NCBI GenBank assembly: GCA_047602735.1
Contig: JBLKOK010000001.1
Span: 14,261 to 78,260, forward strand
Direction: 5' to 3'
DNA: 64,000 nt
Origin: Candidatus Woesearchaeota archaeon
Lineage (GTDB): Archaea > Nanobdellota > Nanobdellia > Woesearchaeales > 21-14-0-10-32-9
Each line of letters starts with the position of its first letter. Positions within the stretch are counted from its first letter, which is position 1. Under the pieces are notes generated by a model. That model saw only the letters and a list, made by a program, of their open reading frames with translations. It had not been told where the DNA came from and did not search any database. Made by a program: the position numbers and the translations under genes. Of this stretch, positions 63,644-64,000 are shown piece after piece.

Positions 63644-64000
63644 TTATTTTTTTAACCAGTCAATTTCTTCGTTGTTTAACTCTAATAATTCAGCTATAGA
63701 ACTACCTTTGCCGTGTTTAAACATTGCTTTGTAATAAGGTATTTGGGCAAGAGCAACCTTGTTGCTTGTATGAGTAATATTTGCAAGCTTGCTCGCAATA
63801 CTTTTTTTCTTCATGTTAGCTCTGTTAGCAATCCATATTTTTAGTATCCTAGATCCTTGAGAATAATCTACGTTATGAGAATATTTATTTTGTTTAGAAA
63901 GACTTATACCTGCTGTTAGTAAAGCATAACAATAAACATAAAATCTATAATACTGCCATCTTCTTATCCTACCATAAAACTTATCAGCATCTGCTATGTT
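63644..64000 (-). CDS. Hypothetical protein, N-terminus outside window
   Basis: Frame open from nt 64000 to the TAA at 63644-46 (118 codons: NIADADKFYGRIRRWQYY...EEIDWLKK). Missing from the supplied track because its first in-window ATG leaves fewer than 60 aa. Confidence 0.4.
   Translation of the reverse strand, partial: NIADADKFYGRIRRWQYYRFYVYCYALLTAGISLSKQNKYSHNVDYSQGSRILKIWIANRANMKKKSIASKLANITHTSNKVALAQIPYYKAMFKHGKGSSIAELLELNNEEIDWLKK

Noticed and set aside
1-64000. Scan for CRISPR arrays, rRNA genes, IS elements, integrases, reverse transcriptases (DGR) and prophage structural genes
   Set aside because: I noticed no regularly spaced repeats. No ORF carries recognisable transposase DDE, tyrosine or serine recombinase, or YxDD reverse-transcriptase motifs. 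The scan was done by eye, so short or degenerate elements could have been missed.

Overview
Visibly AT-rich (not computed), very gene-dense window with about 80 genes. Many same-strand neighbours share 4-nt start/stop overlaps, and several convergent gene pairs overlap at their 3' ends. The content is archaeal: aEF-1beta, uS15 (S13e type), Orc1/Cdc6, a GINS51-like protein, ATP-dependent DNA ligase, XPD, Rad50, RtcB plus archease, Trm1, class III signal-peptide pilins, a Sec11-type signal peptidase and an intron-containing tRNA. Short proteins, few biosynthetic genes and many surface or hypothetical proteins suggest a small-genome (DPANN-like) archaeon; this is inference only. I recognised two tRNAs: tRNA-Gln(UUG) and an intron-containing tRNA-Ser(GCU). 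I found no rRNA, CRISPR array, transposase or integrase. The most interesting locus is a tightly overlapped six-gene operon (52884..57633): DHQS-like sugar-phosphate cyclase, HprK-like P-loop protein, SAM methyltransferase, NTase-fold protein, xylose-isomerase-like TIM barrel and Nudix. It lies directly downstream of tRNA-Ser, and an exact 13-nt copy of the tRNA 3' end recurs at its far side (57719..57731), so it may be an integrase-less island remnant carrying an uncharacterised cyclitol or modified-sugar pathway. Other items worth a second look: an uncharacterised three-gene operon with a split TIM-barrel protein (1935..5993); a MoxR-vWA/metallopeptidase module with unknown neighbours; an SF1 UvrD-type helicase flanked by RecQ-type RQC and HRDC domains; a ligase-nuclease-NTase operon; three tiny ORFs, each with an AGGTGA ribosome-binding site, next to a GC palindrome near orc1/cdc6; and 16-bp direct repeats bracketing an NTase gene. 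All functional calls come from motif recognition by eye; no database search was run.
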